The notes: a model not told the origin generated them from the letters alone. A stretch of DNA of 63,948 bases, filler included, from Octopus bimaculoides (GCF_001194135.2; 5 parts of 5 records of this genome joined end to end with filler, not necessarily neighbours in it); one strand, 5' to 3'. Shown: positions 50,230 to 62,940, counted from the whole stretch's first letter. Made by a program: numbers and translations.

Positions 50230-50870
50230 GTATAGATATATATATTTAAATTAGATGAGGCCGGTTTATGGGATTATCTTAGTTTTCACGACAATAAAGA
50301 AGCTGGCTTTATAACGTATCCTCTGATCCCATATGTTGGCTTAAGACCTCTCTAGTGAGTGGCCTCTCTAGAATATGCAGAAGGAAATGAGCTCGTTACT
50401 CAACGTCAACAAAGGGGATTGTATCCCCTTGGCTATCAATCGCCGGTGTCAAGAAAGTGGGTTGTGTCCCTTTGGCTATCTATCCCCGGTGGCCCTCATA
50501 TCACGTGGGTTTCAATAGGCTAGCAGGAAAATTCTCTGAAATGCAAGTACGATCCGTAAACGTCCGTTCTGGAGTTCAGGATGTTCCCTGGGTCGAGGGA
50601 GTCCTTTAGGATCCTTGCTCGTTCCACTATGCATTATTTACAGCGGTTGGTCCCATTAATGTAGGGGTTTGGATTTTCTAGGATTCTCCATGATATTGCC
50701 TATAGAATCTCGTCGTCTATTAGTTGCCATACATGGGTGATTAATGAGGTGACGAATCTGCTTTCCGATATCCTGAAGGGGGATCTGTGGTTGGAGAGGC
50801 GTCGTTTGAACGAATTCTTGGAACATCCGATGTATATCCGTGGCCGGGTGTTGGTGGTGGTGTGTCTGTT
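50230..50870 (-). mobile_element. Naiad/Chlamys-type PLE 3' end (GIY-YIG plus 3' UTR)
   Basis: IYIGCSKNSFKRRLSNHRS.F...TSL..HVWQL.D...ISWRIL....Y......C..C..E...I......LNSR.D.....H, the Naiad-type endonuclease pattern. Confidence 0.85.
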
Positions 50871-50950
<80 letters not shown>

Positions 50951-51513
50951 TAGACAGACAGACAGACAGACAGACACAGACAGAGGTAGAGAAAGTGGTA
51001 GTAATGCAGATAAACTCAAATAGACTTGAAATATGTATTTACATGGGTCGCAAAATGTAGATAATAAAATAAAGGAAAACTTATTTGATGTCTTATCACA
51101 GCAGCTGTTTCAAGATAGCTATAACTTGCGCAGTAATCATATGCATAAATTATATTTGCTTGGTTTCAGAGGTTTGTGACTCTAATCATGAAAAGAAAGA
51201 CTTAACTTACGTTAACAATTTCATTTGCACTTGTCGCAGACCTATGGCATCATACACATGTTACTTATGAAGTCATGGCCGTTTGGGGGGAACAGCTGTC
51301 GAGACAAAGCATTTCCTGCTTTCTTCTTTTGTTTATAACCTGTGTTTTGTGCTCCATGTAAATAAGCCTAAGTGTTTTTATCTACCTTACTACCTCCATA
51401 GCAACTCAATTAGGATTGCACTTATAGCCACTTTTGCTGCCGAAATGCTAGCTCTGGATGAAGAAGTTGGAAGTGACTTTCATATTCGTTTGAGCATTAT
51501 TCTGTATTATATA

Positions 51514-52741
51514 TATAGGGTCATCCCCAAAATAATACGGTTTTTAAATACTTATTATATTTTTCAAAATTAAATTAAAGAAAGTTCTTTTTTAATCTAA
51601 AATATATTCTCCTTCCTTTTCTACAATGCTCTTCCATCTATCTGATAGACTTGCAGGGACCCTCTTCCAAAATTCATTTCTCCGTGACGAAAAATACTCG
51701 TCCAGTACTGTTCTGACCTCGTCTATGGAATTCATTTTTCTGTCCAAATTATTTTGAAGACTGAGGATTAAATGATAATCAGATGGGGCAATATCTGGCG
51801 AATACGGTGGGTGGGGCATCGCTTTTCCTTCAAACTGCTCCAGCCTTTGGAATGCCATCCCCGCTGCATGTGGCCGAACATTATCCTGATGGAAGAACAC
51901 CTTTCTTCCTGAAACCAAAGATGGTCGTTTTTCTACTAGCGCTCAAGCTGCTCATAGTAGATCTCCATTGTTATCGTTTAGATAAAATCTTTCATATCCC
52001 ACCAAACAGATAACAACATCTTACGTGGGTGAAGACCTTCTTAAGCCTGGGGTGCCGGTGTTTGTCCTTTCCCTGCCCAGTCTTCGGAGCTTGACATTTT
52101 TATAGGGAACACATTTCTCGTTACCCGTCAATATCGGTCCAAAAAAGGTTCGTTCGTGAAGCGTGACAGCAAAAAGAGCACACATTCACTCTCTGCGAAC
52201 GATTAGACTGGGAAAGCTTGTGAGGAATCCACTGATCCAATTTTCTGACTTTTCCGATGGGACACAGGCATCGTTGTATCCAAACTTCTCTGCTAGTTCC
52301 TCAACAGTTACGATGGGATTTTGTTCCCCCGATGTCTGCCGGACGTCCTCGTCGAGCTCTACAGATTTTCCAGGACGAAGCTCATCTTCTAGGCTGCAGT
52401 TTCCGGCTCGGAATTTCCGGAACGACCATTGACACTGGCGTACGCTTATTGTCCGATCCTCATATACTACATTAACATTTCTCGCACTTTCCGTTGCGTT
52501 GTTGCTTTTATTAAACTCAAAGCATAATATGCTCCTTTGTCACTTCCATTATAGCTTTGAAAATAAAATAATAAATGTTAAAATCGAACTGCACTCTTCA
52601 AAACATGTACTAAGAAGAAGCACAAGGTAAAATTACTACCTACTTTTATAGTAAGCTGATGCAGGTAGTTTATCTCGTCCCCCTCCGACTTTTAGTTCAT
52701 GCAATTGAAAAAAACCGCATTATTTATGGGATGACCTAAAA
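51514..52741 (-). mobile_element. Near full-length DD34D mariner element
   Basis: About 30-bp TIRs AGGGTCATCCCCAAAATAATACGGTTTT / AAAACCGCATTATTTATGGGATGACCTA; ~1.23 kb. Confidence 0.92.
51592..52549 (-). pseudogene. Mariner transposase pseudogene
   Basis: MEVTKEHI..EF.K..NATE.AR; SLEDE.RPG; LHPRKMLLSVWWD; HQDNVRPH-34 aa-HPPYSPDIAPSDYHL; frameshifts and small deletions. Confidence 0.92.
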
Positions 52742-53264
52742 TATTGAGCTTATTTTTCGGTCACCCACGCATTCAACCTCTTTCTCTTTTTCTATCTCTC
52801 CCCTTTCTCTCTTTCTCTCACTCTCTCTTTATATATGTGTGTGTGAGTGTATATACATACATACATACATATGCATGCATGTATAATGTATATGCACATA
52901 TGTGTGTGTATATATATANNNNNNNNNNNNNNNNNNNNNNNNNNNNNNNNNNNNNNNNNNNNNNNNNNNNNNNNNNNNNNNNNNNNNNNNNNNNNNNNNN
53001 NNNNNNNNNNNNNNNNNNNNNNNNNNNNNNNNNNNNNNNNNNNNNNNNNNNNNNNNNNNNNNNNNNNNNNNNNNNNNNNNNNNNNNNNNNNNNNNNNNNN
53101 NNNNNNNNNNNNNNNNNNNNNNNNNNATATATATATATATATATATATACATAAATCCATAAATGCATGCATTCGCAAATATTTAGGAACACAGATATAT
53201 ACAGAAATAGACACACACACATACATATTTACATACATACATACATACATCCAAACAAATACAT

Positions 53265-53800
53265 CAATCAAAATTGCAAGACTTGCTAATAAAATTAAAA
53301 TCAAATGTAAAATGGAAATAGCAGAACAAGTCACTTTTAGAACAGCGAAAGGAAGGCCAGGTGCTGTTCTTAATCTAAAGATGGTTATTCATAGAACTTG
53401 AGAGAGCGTGACAAAGAATTGCTTATTGCTTTTATTGGCTATCAAAAAGCACGGGACGCAATTATTCATCACAAATTATGTCCAGCGATGGCAGAAATGG
53501 GATTTTCTCGACATCTTATAATAATGTTAAAGTCACTTTCTTCTCAGGAAGTTGTCAGTAACAAAAGGAATGTGAGATTCACTATGTGGTTTGAGATTGA
53601 ACCAGCGAATTACAGCAATGATATATCCATTCTCCTCAGTTAATCAAGTATTCACAATGTGAAAGATCTATCATGAAAGATCTAAGTTTTTAAAGCATAG
53701 TGAAACTCAATGAAAGAAGTTTAGGTATGTCAATGATGTCTTTATTAGAAGAACGGCACATACTAAAGATTACGGTGACAAACGCAACTTCAACGCAAAT
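53265..53800 (+). mobile_element. RTE-clade LINE RT fragment (copy 1)
   Basis: EIAEQVTFR..KG...AVLNLKMVI...DKELLIAFIGYQKA.D.I.H.KL...M.EMGF..HLI (EQ.GFR, FIDY.KAFD motifs). Confidence 0.8.
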
Positions 53801-54550
53801 ACCAGTTCGTAATTATCGGTTGCCAAATCCTAGTGACTGGAAAAGATCATGATGACTGGTTGGAACCTTAAGTGAAAGTTTTATATTTGTTTCCGATTAC
53901 TAGACTTCAGAAATCAAGGCTACCCACAAGACAGGGGGAGGTAAAAATTCTCGGTTTTTCGTCCTCTTTGTGGAATTTTTGGTTAGCACTAGATGCTCAT
54001 CCCTGCTGAGTTTTATTGCAGCGATATTACAGCGAATTCATTCACAATTTCTTAGTACTTCTATGCCTAGTCCCCATGGTACTAACTAACCATTGACCAG
54101 ATGCACAGTTCATCCGCCCTTTCAGAAGTTAAGTTTTTTTGACTGGTTATTCTAATGGATTTAGTTGATGATAATCTTACCATGATAAAAGTTGTATTGG
54201 ATTAAGCACTAATCTGTGACCTGATATAATTAATGCATTCACACATACTTTTACATATACGCATATAAGCATATACATTTGCATATGTGTGTGTGTATGT
54301 GTGTTCGTGTTTGTGTGTGTGCGTGCGTGTGTGTGTGTGAGTGTGCGTGCGTGCATCTGTGTGTATGTGCGCGTGTGTGTGTGTATGTCAGTGTCATTGT
54401 CCGGTGCATGTATATATATATATACGTACACGTATATATATTCACACACATACTTATACCTGTATGTGTGTTTGTGTGTGAGTGAGTGTGTATACGCACG
54501 AATATGTTTACATACATGTAAATACATCTATTTTTGTGTGTACCTAAAGT

Positions 54551-54609
<59 letters not shown>

Positions 54610-54610
54610 G

Positions 54611-54670
<60 letters not shown>

Positions 54671-54779
54671 CATGCATGCATACATACATACATACATACA
54701 TACATACATACATACATACATACATGCATGCATGTATATTCACACTCGCACACATAGACATACAGGTGTATATTTAGAT

Positions 54780-55915
54780 TTGCTAGTAAAATCTCAAGAT
54801 TATTACTAATAGAATTAAAATCACGTGTAAAATAGAAATAGCAGCAGAACAAGTCGTTTTTAGATCTGAAAAGGGAAGCAGCGATGCTATTCTTAACCTG
54901 AAAATGGTTATTCATGGGACTTGGGAGAACGTGACAAAGAATTGTTTATTGCTTTTATTGGCTACCGAAAAACATGTGACACAATTATTCATCCCAATTT
55001 ATGTCTAATAATGGCAGAAATGTGATTTTCTAGACATTTTATATTATTAGAATCACTTGTTTCTTAGCTCACAGCATCTGAGAAACTAATGTGATACGGA
55101 GTCGTTTGAGACTGAAGGGGTGGGGGTTATTATAATGATGTATCTTTTTTCCTTCATTATTCATAATGTATAATGAGGGAAGATCAAGAATATCTTAACC
55201 GTAAAGTTAATAATGGGTGAAAGGATGGCCACCAATTTCAAATATTCCAATGACATTGTTCCTATTGTAGGTAGCTTACAAGAATTGATTGTTGTCATGA
55301 AGATGCTGACAGAAAAAAACTTGAATATTATGATTTATTCGTTAATGTCGACAAAACTGAATCATTGATTGTGTCGGAAACAAATCACCAACATGATCCT
55401 ATAATAATTAGTAATCAAACTGTCAACGTGGTGTATGAGTTTTGCTATTTTTCGGAAGTATTATAACAAGTCAATGTGTCGACAGCAAAGAAATAAAACG
55501 AAGTGCTGCCGTAGTAAAATCTGCTGTTATATTTCTAAACTGCATTTGGAAAAAAAATCTATCAAGTAAAATGAGCAATTTGAAGGGTTTCACACTTTGA
55601 CATTTTAAGTATCAGTGTATGGATCTGATTGTTTGAGGACACTTAAAGAAGCTGAGAGGAGGAAAAAATGACATAGGTTTCGTATAAGAGAAGAATGATA
55701 AGAATTAGCTGAACAGAAAAAAAACTGAATTTGTTGTACAGAATTGGAACTGAATGGAGCAAATGAAAAATATTTTTGGTCACTGGGAAAAAAAAGATGG
55801 ATTAAGAGCTTCATGGAGATATCTGGATTATACATGCAATAATTAATTAACAATAACAGCAGCTGGTAGAAAATTTCAATTAATGGAGACGAATGTAAGA
55901 GGAACAACACATGCT
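54780..55915 (+). mobile_element. RTE-clade LINE RT fragment (copy 2, longer)
   Basis: Same start and motifs as copy 1, plus NFKYSNDIV (NLRYADD), VNVDKT, EFCYFGS.IT. Confidence 0.8.
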
Positions 55916-56061
55916 ATGAATGGCCTATATATATATATATATATAGAGAGAGNNNNNNNNNNNNNNNNNNNNNNNNNNNNNNNNNNNNNNNNNNNNTTAA
56001 TTAATTAANNNNNNNNNNNNNNNNNNNNNNNNNNNNNNNNNNNNNNNNNNNNTATATATAT

Positions 56062-56328
56062 ATTTGACTGTGAACATGTTGGAGCACCGCCCTTAGTCGA
56101 GCAAATCGACCCCAGGACTTATTCTTTGTAAGCCTAGTACTTATTCTATCGGTCTCTTTTGCCGAACCGCTAAGTTACGGGGACGTAAACACGTCTATTG
56201 TCAAGCGATGTTGGGGATGGGGACAAACACAGACACACAAACACACATACATATATATATATATACATATACATACATACGACGGGCTTCTTTCAGTTTC
56301 CGTTCACCAAATCCACTCTCAAGGCTTT
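56062..56328 (-). mobile_element. SINE (head truncated)
   Basis: Near-consensus body of the 60319-60632 family. Confidence 0.9.
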
Positions 56329-56704
56329 GTATGTATGTGCGCGTGCGTGTGCATGCATGTATGTGTGTATATATGTGTATATATGTGTATATATGTGTGT
56401 GTGTATGTATGTGTGTATATATATATATATGTGTGTGTGTGTGTATATGTATGTATGTGTATCTATATGTGTGTGTGTGTATGTGTGCGTATATTCATAT
56501 TTTAAGGCTACCATTGGTTTCATATTAGAAGAATACTTCAACAATTATCAAGCCTATCACATGGAAACATGTGATCGTCTCCAATATGGTAGCCTAAATA
56601 CACAAATAAAGAATCTTTATTCACCATTGCGATGTTGAGCACTCATTCTCATTTTTCGATATTAACATGTACGTGTGTGCAAATATATATATATATGCGT
56701 GCGT

Positions 56705-56775
<71 letters not shown>

Positions 56776-56812
56776 NNNNNNNNNNAGAGAGAGAGAGAGA
56801 TGGAGAGAGAGA

Positions 56813-56848
<36 letters not shown>

Positions 56849-57769
56849 TAGATAGAGAGAGAGAGAGAGGTATAAATTTATTGGTTTGGTCTTGAACAGT
56901 GACATGTGTAACGCTGTAATATAGCTTAAAACGACATAATCATTGTTTATATTCATTGTTATGTTTTCTGTCATGTTAAACAATTTATCTGACTTATCTG
57001 TTGTTGAAACAGTCGTAACATAAAGATAATGGTAGCACTAATACATGCGTTCTTTCGCTTGTTACAAGCACACACATATATGTAGCTGCGTCAATGTGAC
57101 TATTCACATTTTCTTATACATAAAAATATTACGTTGTATAATATGGCACGCAAAGCAAAAAATAAACCAACATACAATACTATTATTAACCTGTACTCAC
57201 AGGTTAATAATATTTGCACCCACAGCCACAATGAAATTCTAATAAACAGTCAGGTATTTTAACATACACGCACACACACGCACACGCACTCACACACACG
57301 CACACACATATAGAGTTTACCTTGTTTGGCTTAATTGATTTGTGTCTCGAGTTATGCTTTACCGACTATTTCAAATGAAGATGAAATAGTACTACATACG
57401 GCTACCAACCACTAAAATTTTTAAGGCCTTCATTTTGTGTAAAAGGAAAACATTAACAATTTGAAATTTAAAGCTAAAGATGCATGTTTTTCAACTTAAT
57501 TTAACCGAGAGGAGTTTTCTCTTCCCTTTAATGGTAAATCACCATGGGAAGACTCTTATATANNNNNNNNNNNNNNNNNNNNNNNNNNNNNNNNNNAAAG
57601 AGAAACAGTTAAAGTTACCATGTTTGTATCTCTGCTACGAACGTTTGCACACACCCACACACACACCCACACATATACACACAACCGCACACGCATGAAT
57701 TTGTCAGTTTGATTCTTGGGCCGGGAGTGGGCATAAATATATAGACACACATAAATACATACATGCACA

Positions 57770-57820
<51 letters not shown>

Positions 57821-58191
57821 ACGGATATACTTTCAACTACCGTTTGTAATAAGATTAGTAAAATTGTGTGCCATCTCTGATTATCACAGTAGTTGTGAAA
57901 CCGGTTGTGAAAATGTAGAGAACTTAAAGGAATTTAAGTGCATTTTCATCTTGACATTTTTCTATATTTTTTTGTGACAGAAGGCCTCTGTCTATTTTCC
58001 ATCTCTAAAGTACATACGAAATATTTTAAACTATGTTAATCACAGGCCTTGTATATCTTTTCCTATTATTGGTCTTCATTTAAGAGTTTTATTTCAAGAT
58101 TTCATTTTTCTCAGTTCAAATTATTCAAATTCTATCAAATGTATAGAGGGTGGCAATGTGCTTATACTATATATATATGTACATACATACA

Positions 58192-58234
<43 letters not shown>

Positions 58235-59424
58235 GTTGTGTGTTGGGGTGATGAAAGTGAGTAGATTTCAATATATAGCTTTAGATTAGCTGGATTAATA
58301 TCTTATTCTCTCTTGAGTTGACATCCAACAAGATACATATAAGGCTTACACGAGAGTCACGCGAGAATGCAACCGATTATATGCAGTGTTGATTTTCTTT
58401 TAAAAATTTAATATTAATAAATATATAATCGGTGTCTTGAGGAATAAAAAAAAACTAAATTTAAGTAATTTATATGTTTCTTTTTTTATAAATTTTTCAT
58501 TTATTTAAATTTTGTTTTTAGTTACCTATTTATTTTCTTTTTTTAATATCATTATTGCAGTTGTCAACGTTATCATTAATACGGAAGTCGACTTACGTTT
58601 TGTGTCGGATGAAGTCAGAAAAAATGATGAATGTATAACAGGGAAAGGTTTGGAGTGAAAGCTAGTTAGCTGTGGTTGGAATGGAATTTCAACTGTCTAA
58701 TTCTGTTTCAAGCGAGATTATGCTTCGATGAGAAAGTGTAATCTTTGGAATTAAATGTGATGTAACTTTAAATCATAACAGAATGTATGGATTTAAGTCA
58801 TAGAGTAAAAGAAAAAAATATAAGAAAAGAAACAATAGTAGCAAAAACGACGAAAATGACAATGTTAATGATGATGATGATGATGATGATAATGAGGAGG
58901 AGGCGGAGGAATAGGAGGAAGTTGATGGATGGTGGTAAGGTGGTTGTGGTGGTAAAGATAATGTGTGTGAAAGAGTATGGTTATCTGATTTTTATGTAAG
59001 AGAAAAAATTGGCAATATAAAAGAAGGGAATTCATTGGAATGTGCTTTTTATAGGTGAATATGAGTACCATAGCTGGAATGTGGCTAACATAACTGGATT
59101 GTTGTTGCAATAACTGGGATTTTTCTCAGTTCAAATTCCTCCCGTTCTCCCTTGTGCATATGAGCATACAACACATACACCCACACACGTACACACACAC
59201 GTGCGCACACATACAGACGCACACACCACACACTAACACTCACACATACACACATACACACATATTAGTTTTCCCAAATAGTTAGCGGGGTGGAACCAGA
59301 AAGCCAGAACACGAAGAAGCGCATTGTGACCAGCGGTGTATAACAACATCCGATAATCTGGTCGATACCGTGACACATACATACATACATACATACATAC
59401 GTACGTACGTACAACTATATATGT

Positions 59425-59659
59425 TCTTTTATTCTTTTACTTATTTCAGTCATTTGATAGCGGCCATGCTGGAGCACCGCCTTCAGTCGATCAAATCGCC
59501 CCCAGGAATTATTCTTTGTAAGCCTAGTACATATTCTATCAGTCTCTTTTGCCGAACCACTTGGTTACGTGGACGTAAACACACCAACGTCAGTTGTCAA
59601 GCGATGAGTGGGGGGGGGGAACAAACACAGACACAAATACATACATATATACATACATA
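59425..59659 (-). mobile_element. SINE 3' half
   Basis: ttatttcagtcatttgatagcggccatgctggagcaccgcc...gtaagcctagtac...gtcaagcgatg. Confidence 0.85.
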
Positions 59660-60318
59660 CNNNNNNNNNNNNNNNNNNNNNNNNNNNNNNNNNNNNNNNN
59701 NNNNNNNNNNNNNNNNNNNNNNNNNNNNNNNNNNNNNNNNNNNNNNNNNNNNNNNNNNNNNNNNNNNNNNNNNNNNNNNNNNNNNNNNNNNNNNNNNNNN
59801 NNNNNNNNNNNNNNNNNNNNNNNNNNNNNNNNNNNNNNNNNNNNNNNNNNNNNNNNNNNNNNNNNNNNNNNNNNNNNNNNNNNNNNNNNNNNNNNNNNNN
59901 NNNNNNNNNNNNNNNNNNNNNNNNNNNNNNNNNNNNNNNNNNNNNNNNNNNNNNNNNNNNNNNNNNNNNNNNNNNNNNNNNNNNNNNNNNNNNNNNNNNN
60001 NNNNNNNNNNNNNNNNNNNNNNNNNNNNNNNNNNNNNNNNNNNNNNNNNNNNNNNNNNNNNNNNNNNNNNNNNNNNNNNNNNNNNNNNNNNNNNNNNNNN
60101 NNNNNNNNNNNNNNNNNNNNNNNNNNNNNNNNNNNNNNNNNNNNNNNNNNNNNNNNNNNNNNNNNNNNNNNNNNNNNNNNNNNNNNNNNNNNNNNNNNNN
60201 NNNNNNNNNNNNNNNNNNNNNNNNNNNNNNNNNNNNNNNNNNNNNNNNNNNNNNNNNNNNNNNNNNNNNNNNNNNNNNNNNNNNNNNNNNNNNNNNNNNN
60301 NNNNNNNNNNNNNNNNNN

Positions 60319-60632
60319 TTGTAAGCCTAGTACTTATTCTATCGGTCTCTTTTTGCCGAACCGCTAAGTTACGGGGACCTAAACACACCAGCATCAGTTG
60401 TCAAGCGATGTTGGAGGGACAAACATAGATACACAACATATACACACATACATATATATACATATATACGACGGGCTTCTTTCAGTTTCCGTCTACCAAA
60501 TCCACTCACAAGGCTTTGGTCGGCCCGAGGTTATAGTAGAAGACACTTGCCCAAGGTGCCACGCAGTGCGACTGAACCCGGAACCATGTGGTTGGTAAGC
60601 AAGCTACTTACCACACAGCCACTCCTGCGCCT
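60319..60632 (-). mobile_element. Young tRNA-derived SINE with intact head
   Basis: Reverse complement AGGCGCAGGAGTGGCTGTGTGGTAAGTAG...GGTTCCGGGTTCAGTCGC (A and B boxes), internal microsatellite. Confidence 0.92.
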
Positions 60633-61230
60633 ATATATATATATAGTCAACAGATGAGATCCAGAGATGCTCAGTATAGAAAGCACTTAGCAGTATTCAA
60701 AAGTCTGTAGGATAAAGCGTAGATACGAGAGGAATCCAGGTGAGCAGATATGAAGATAATGATGCAAAAAAAAAAAAAAAGAGAAATAGAAAATAAAAAA
60801 ATGAACAAATAAAATTGCTTGGGTTAGATATGCAAAATATACATACATATATACATGCAAATAGAGAGAAAATATAAACTGAAAACATTCAAACGATGAG
60901 CATTCATGTATAAATATGTAGATATTTAGATATCAACAGCAGATTTACATCGAGTACATAGACACAAAAAATCATGGGGAGAAGGTACGGTAATACCGGT
61001 TCGACAATTGTTTTGGGGGTCTCGGAATTATGTCATAATATTGGTAGCTGTAGTTCACAAAACGTCAAAGATATGCAACCAATAGTGAAAGCATATAAAC
61101 ATTAGGTAAATCCGGCCTCCGTCTTCAGGGTGGAGAGATAGGATACTCATCCTCATAACTCTGTCCTAGCTAGAACGCTTGATAAAGTACTATGCGATGT
61201 GTTTAGATACGTTCCTTCGCATTCTGTCTT

Positions 61231-61272
<42 letters not shown>

Positions 61273-61547
61273 CTAGCAGAAATACCCGGCTTTGCCCGGG
61301 TTAAAGAGAATAATGAAATCTAAAAACGCCGTCTAGACTACGCAACCCTCAACTGTTAGTAGCTACGATACCATATTTCTACATTAATAACTCTCCAATC
61401 CATGCCAGCATGGAACATAGACATTAAGTGGAATGCCAGTCTCTCACCTAGGAGGGCCTTGAAATCAATGTTACCAACTGGGGACTATGTGTGTCGCAGT
61501 GATAATAAAAAGACCCAAAGGAGGTCTGCAACGAAATAATTTTACTC
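61273..61547 (-). mobile_element. Helitron 3' terminus
   Basis: Reverse complement ends ACCCGG GCAAAG CCGGGT atttctg CTAG|T: GC-rich subterminal hairpin a few bases before CTAG, inserted in (TA)n. Confidence 0.85.
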
Positions 61548-61766
61548 NNNNNNNNNNNNNNNNNNNNNNNNNNNNNNNNNNNNNNNNNNNNTTAATTAAT
61601 TAANNNNNNNNNNNNNNNNNNNNNNNNNNNNNNNNNNNNNNNNNNNNTATATATATATATATATACACACACATATACATGCATATATATATATATGTAT
61701 ACATACGTATGTATATATGTATGTATATATATACTCTCACTCACTCACTCTCATATATCTCTCCAG

Positions 61767-61904
61767 GTGCAGTCTGTGAAACTAACGGACCAAATTTGTG
61801 CGGTGGAGCGTCTAGATTACAGTGCATTTGGCAAAGATAATATCGGTCAACTGATAAGCCAAACACCTGACAATGAACTCGAAATCCTGTATTTCCAAGC
61901 TAAG
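61767..61904 (+). CDS. RASA4/RASAL1-like: Internal coding exon (phase 0-0) of a GAP1-family Ras GTPase-activating protein, PH domain
   Basis: Pyrimidine tract tctctccAG acceptor (61765-66) and AAG|GTTAGT donor; 138 nt = VQSVKLTDQICAVERLDYSAFGKDNIGQLISQTPDNELEILYFQAK, resembling RASAL1 IRAVERVDEGAF...MQVV...YLQCK as recalled from memory; in frame with the next exon. Confidence 0.88.
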
Positions 61905-62129
61905 GTTAGTTCACTTTAAGTTTTTAAGTACATAATACACATACACACACNNNNNNNNNNNNNNNNNNNNNNNNNNNTATATATATAAGTAAACAGAAAA
62001 TGGCACTTAAAATTTACAACAGCTGCTCCAGCAAAACCTTATCAATGCATTCCATCATCAGATAACATTTCAAACAGGTGAGATTTCTTATATTGACCTG
62101 GAAAAATCCAACATCAATCCAACTGAATC

Positions 62130-62390
62130 CTTATAAATCATATACATATATATATAACAAATAATAAATGAGTATATGCATATATACGGACAGGTATGTG
62201 CATACNNNNNNNNNNNNNNNNNNNNNNNNNNNNNNNNNNNNNNNNNNNNNNNNNNNNNNNNNNNNNNNNNNNNNNNNNNNNNNNNNNNNNNNNNNNNNNN
62301 NNNNNNNNNNNNNNNNNNNNNNNNNNNNNNNNNNNNNNNNNNNNNNNTTTTCCTTCATCAGCTACCCCCATTTTAACACCGGCGTTTCGA
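62130..62390 (-). mobile_element. Second, 5'-truncated copy of the rearranged-hammerhead repeat
   Basis: Reverse complement tcgaaacgccggtgttaaaatgggggtagctgatgaaggaaaa, followed after an N gap by gtatgcacatacctgtccgtatatatgcat. Confidence 0.75.
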
Positions 62391-62627
62391 TATATATGTA
62401 TGTATGTATGTATATGTATGTATGGATTTATATATTTGTGCATATATATTGGAGCATCATGAATGTGTGCGCGTNNNNNNNNNNTGTGTGTGTGTGTGTG
62501 TCTGTCTGTCCCCCACTACTACTTGAGAACCAGTATTGGTTGATGGTGGTGTTGAAGATGAAGTTGATGGTTATTATGGTAATAAAGATGATGATAATGA
62601 TGTTGGTGACGCCTGTCTTCTTCACAG

Positions 62628-62763
62628 GACATCAATGACCTCTATTCCTGGCTCTCGGCAATCCGAAAGACTTTCTCGGCCAACAAACAGCAGCTAAAGA
62701 CTTACCATCCGGGAATCTATCGCAGAAACAGGTGGAGCTGCTGTCACAGAATCGACACGGACG
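62628..62763 (+). CDS. RASA4/RASAL1-like: Internal coding exon (phase 0-1) of the same RasGAP: end of PH domain plus Btk zinc-binding motif
   Basis: gtcttcttcacAG acceptor and ACG|GTAAGA donor; 136 nt = DINDLYSWLSAIRKTFSANKQQLKTYHPGIYRRNRWSCCHRIDTD, matching the RASA4-type NELNQWLSALRK...YHPG.FR..KWSCCH motif (H-P-G...W-x-C-C Btk motif). Confidence 0.92.
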
Positions 62764-62807
62764 GTAAGAAGAAGATGCTTATTGTTTTTACTTCTAAGTA
62801 CCTCCCA

Positions 62808-62840
<33 letters not shown>

Positions 62841-62940
62841 NNNNNNNNNNNNNNNNNNNNNNNNNNNNNNNNNNNNNNNNNNNNTTAATTAATTAANNNN
62901 NNNNNNNNNNNNNNNNNNNNNNNNNNNNNNNNNNNNNNNN

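Noticed and set aside
59425-60632. Apparent tandem SINE pair around a 659-N gap
   Set aside because: The sequences differ enough to be two copies, but the arrangement cannot be interpreted across the gap.
61000-61135. Minus-strand CCCTGAAGACGGAGGCCG with a distant GAACCGGTT
   Set aside because: GAAA is absent after stem II and there is no stem I partner; at best an unrecognisable relic.
62023-62077. Possible 55-nt cassette exon (acAG...CAG|GTGAGA) between the two RasGAP exons
   Set aside because: Poor pyrimidine tract, would shift the frame, no similarity to the family; the flanking exons already join seamlessly.
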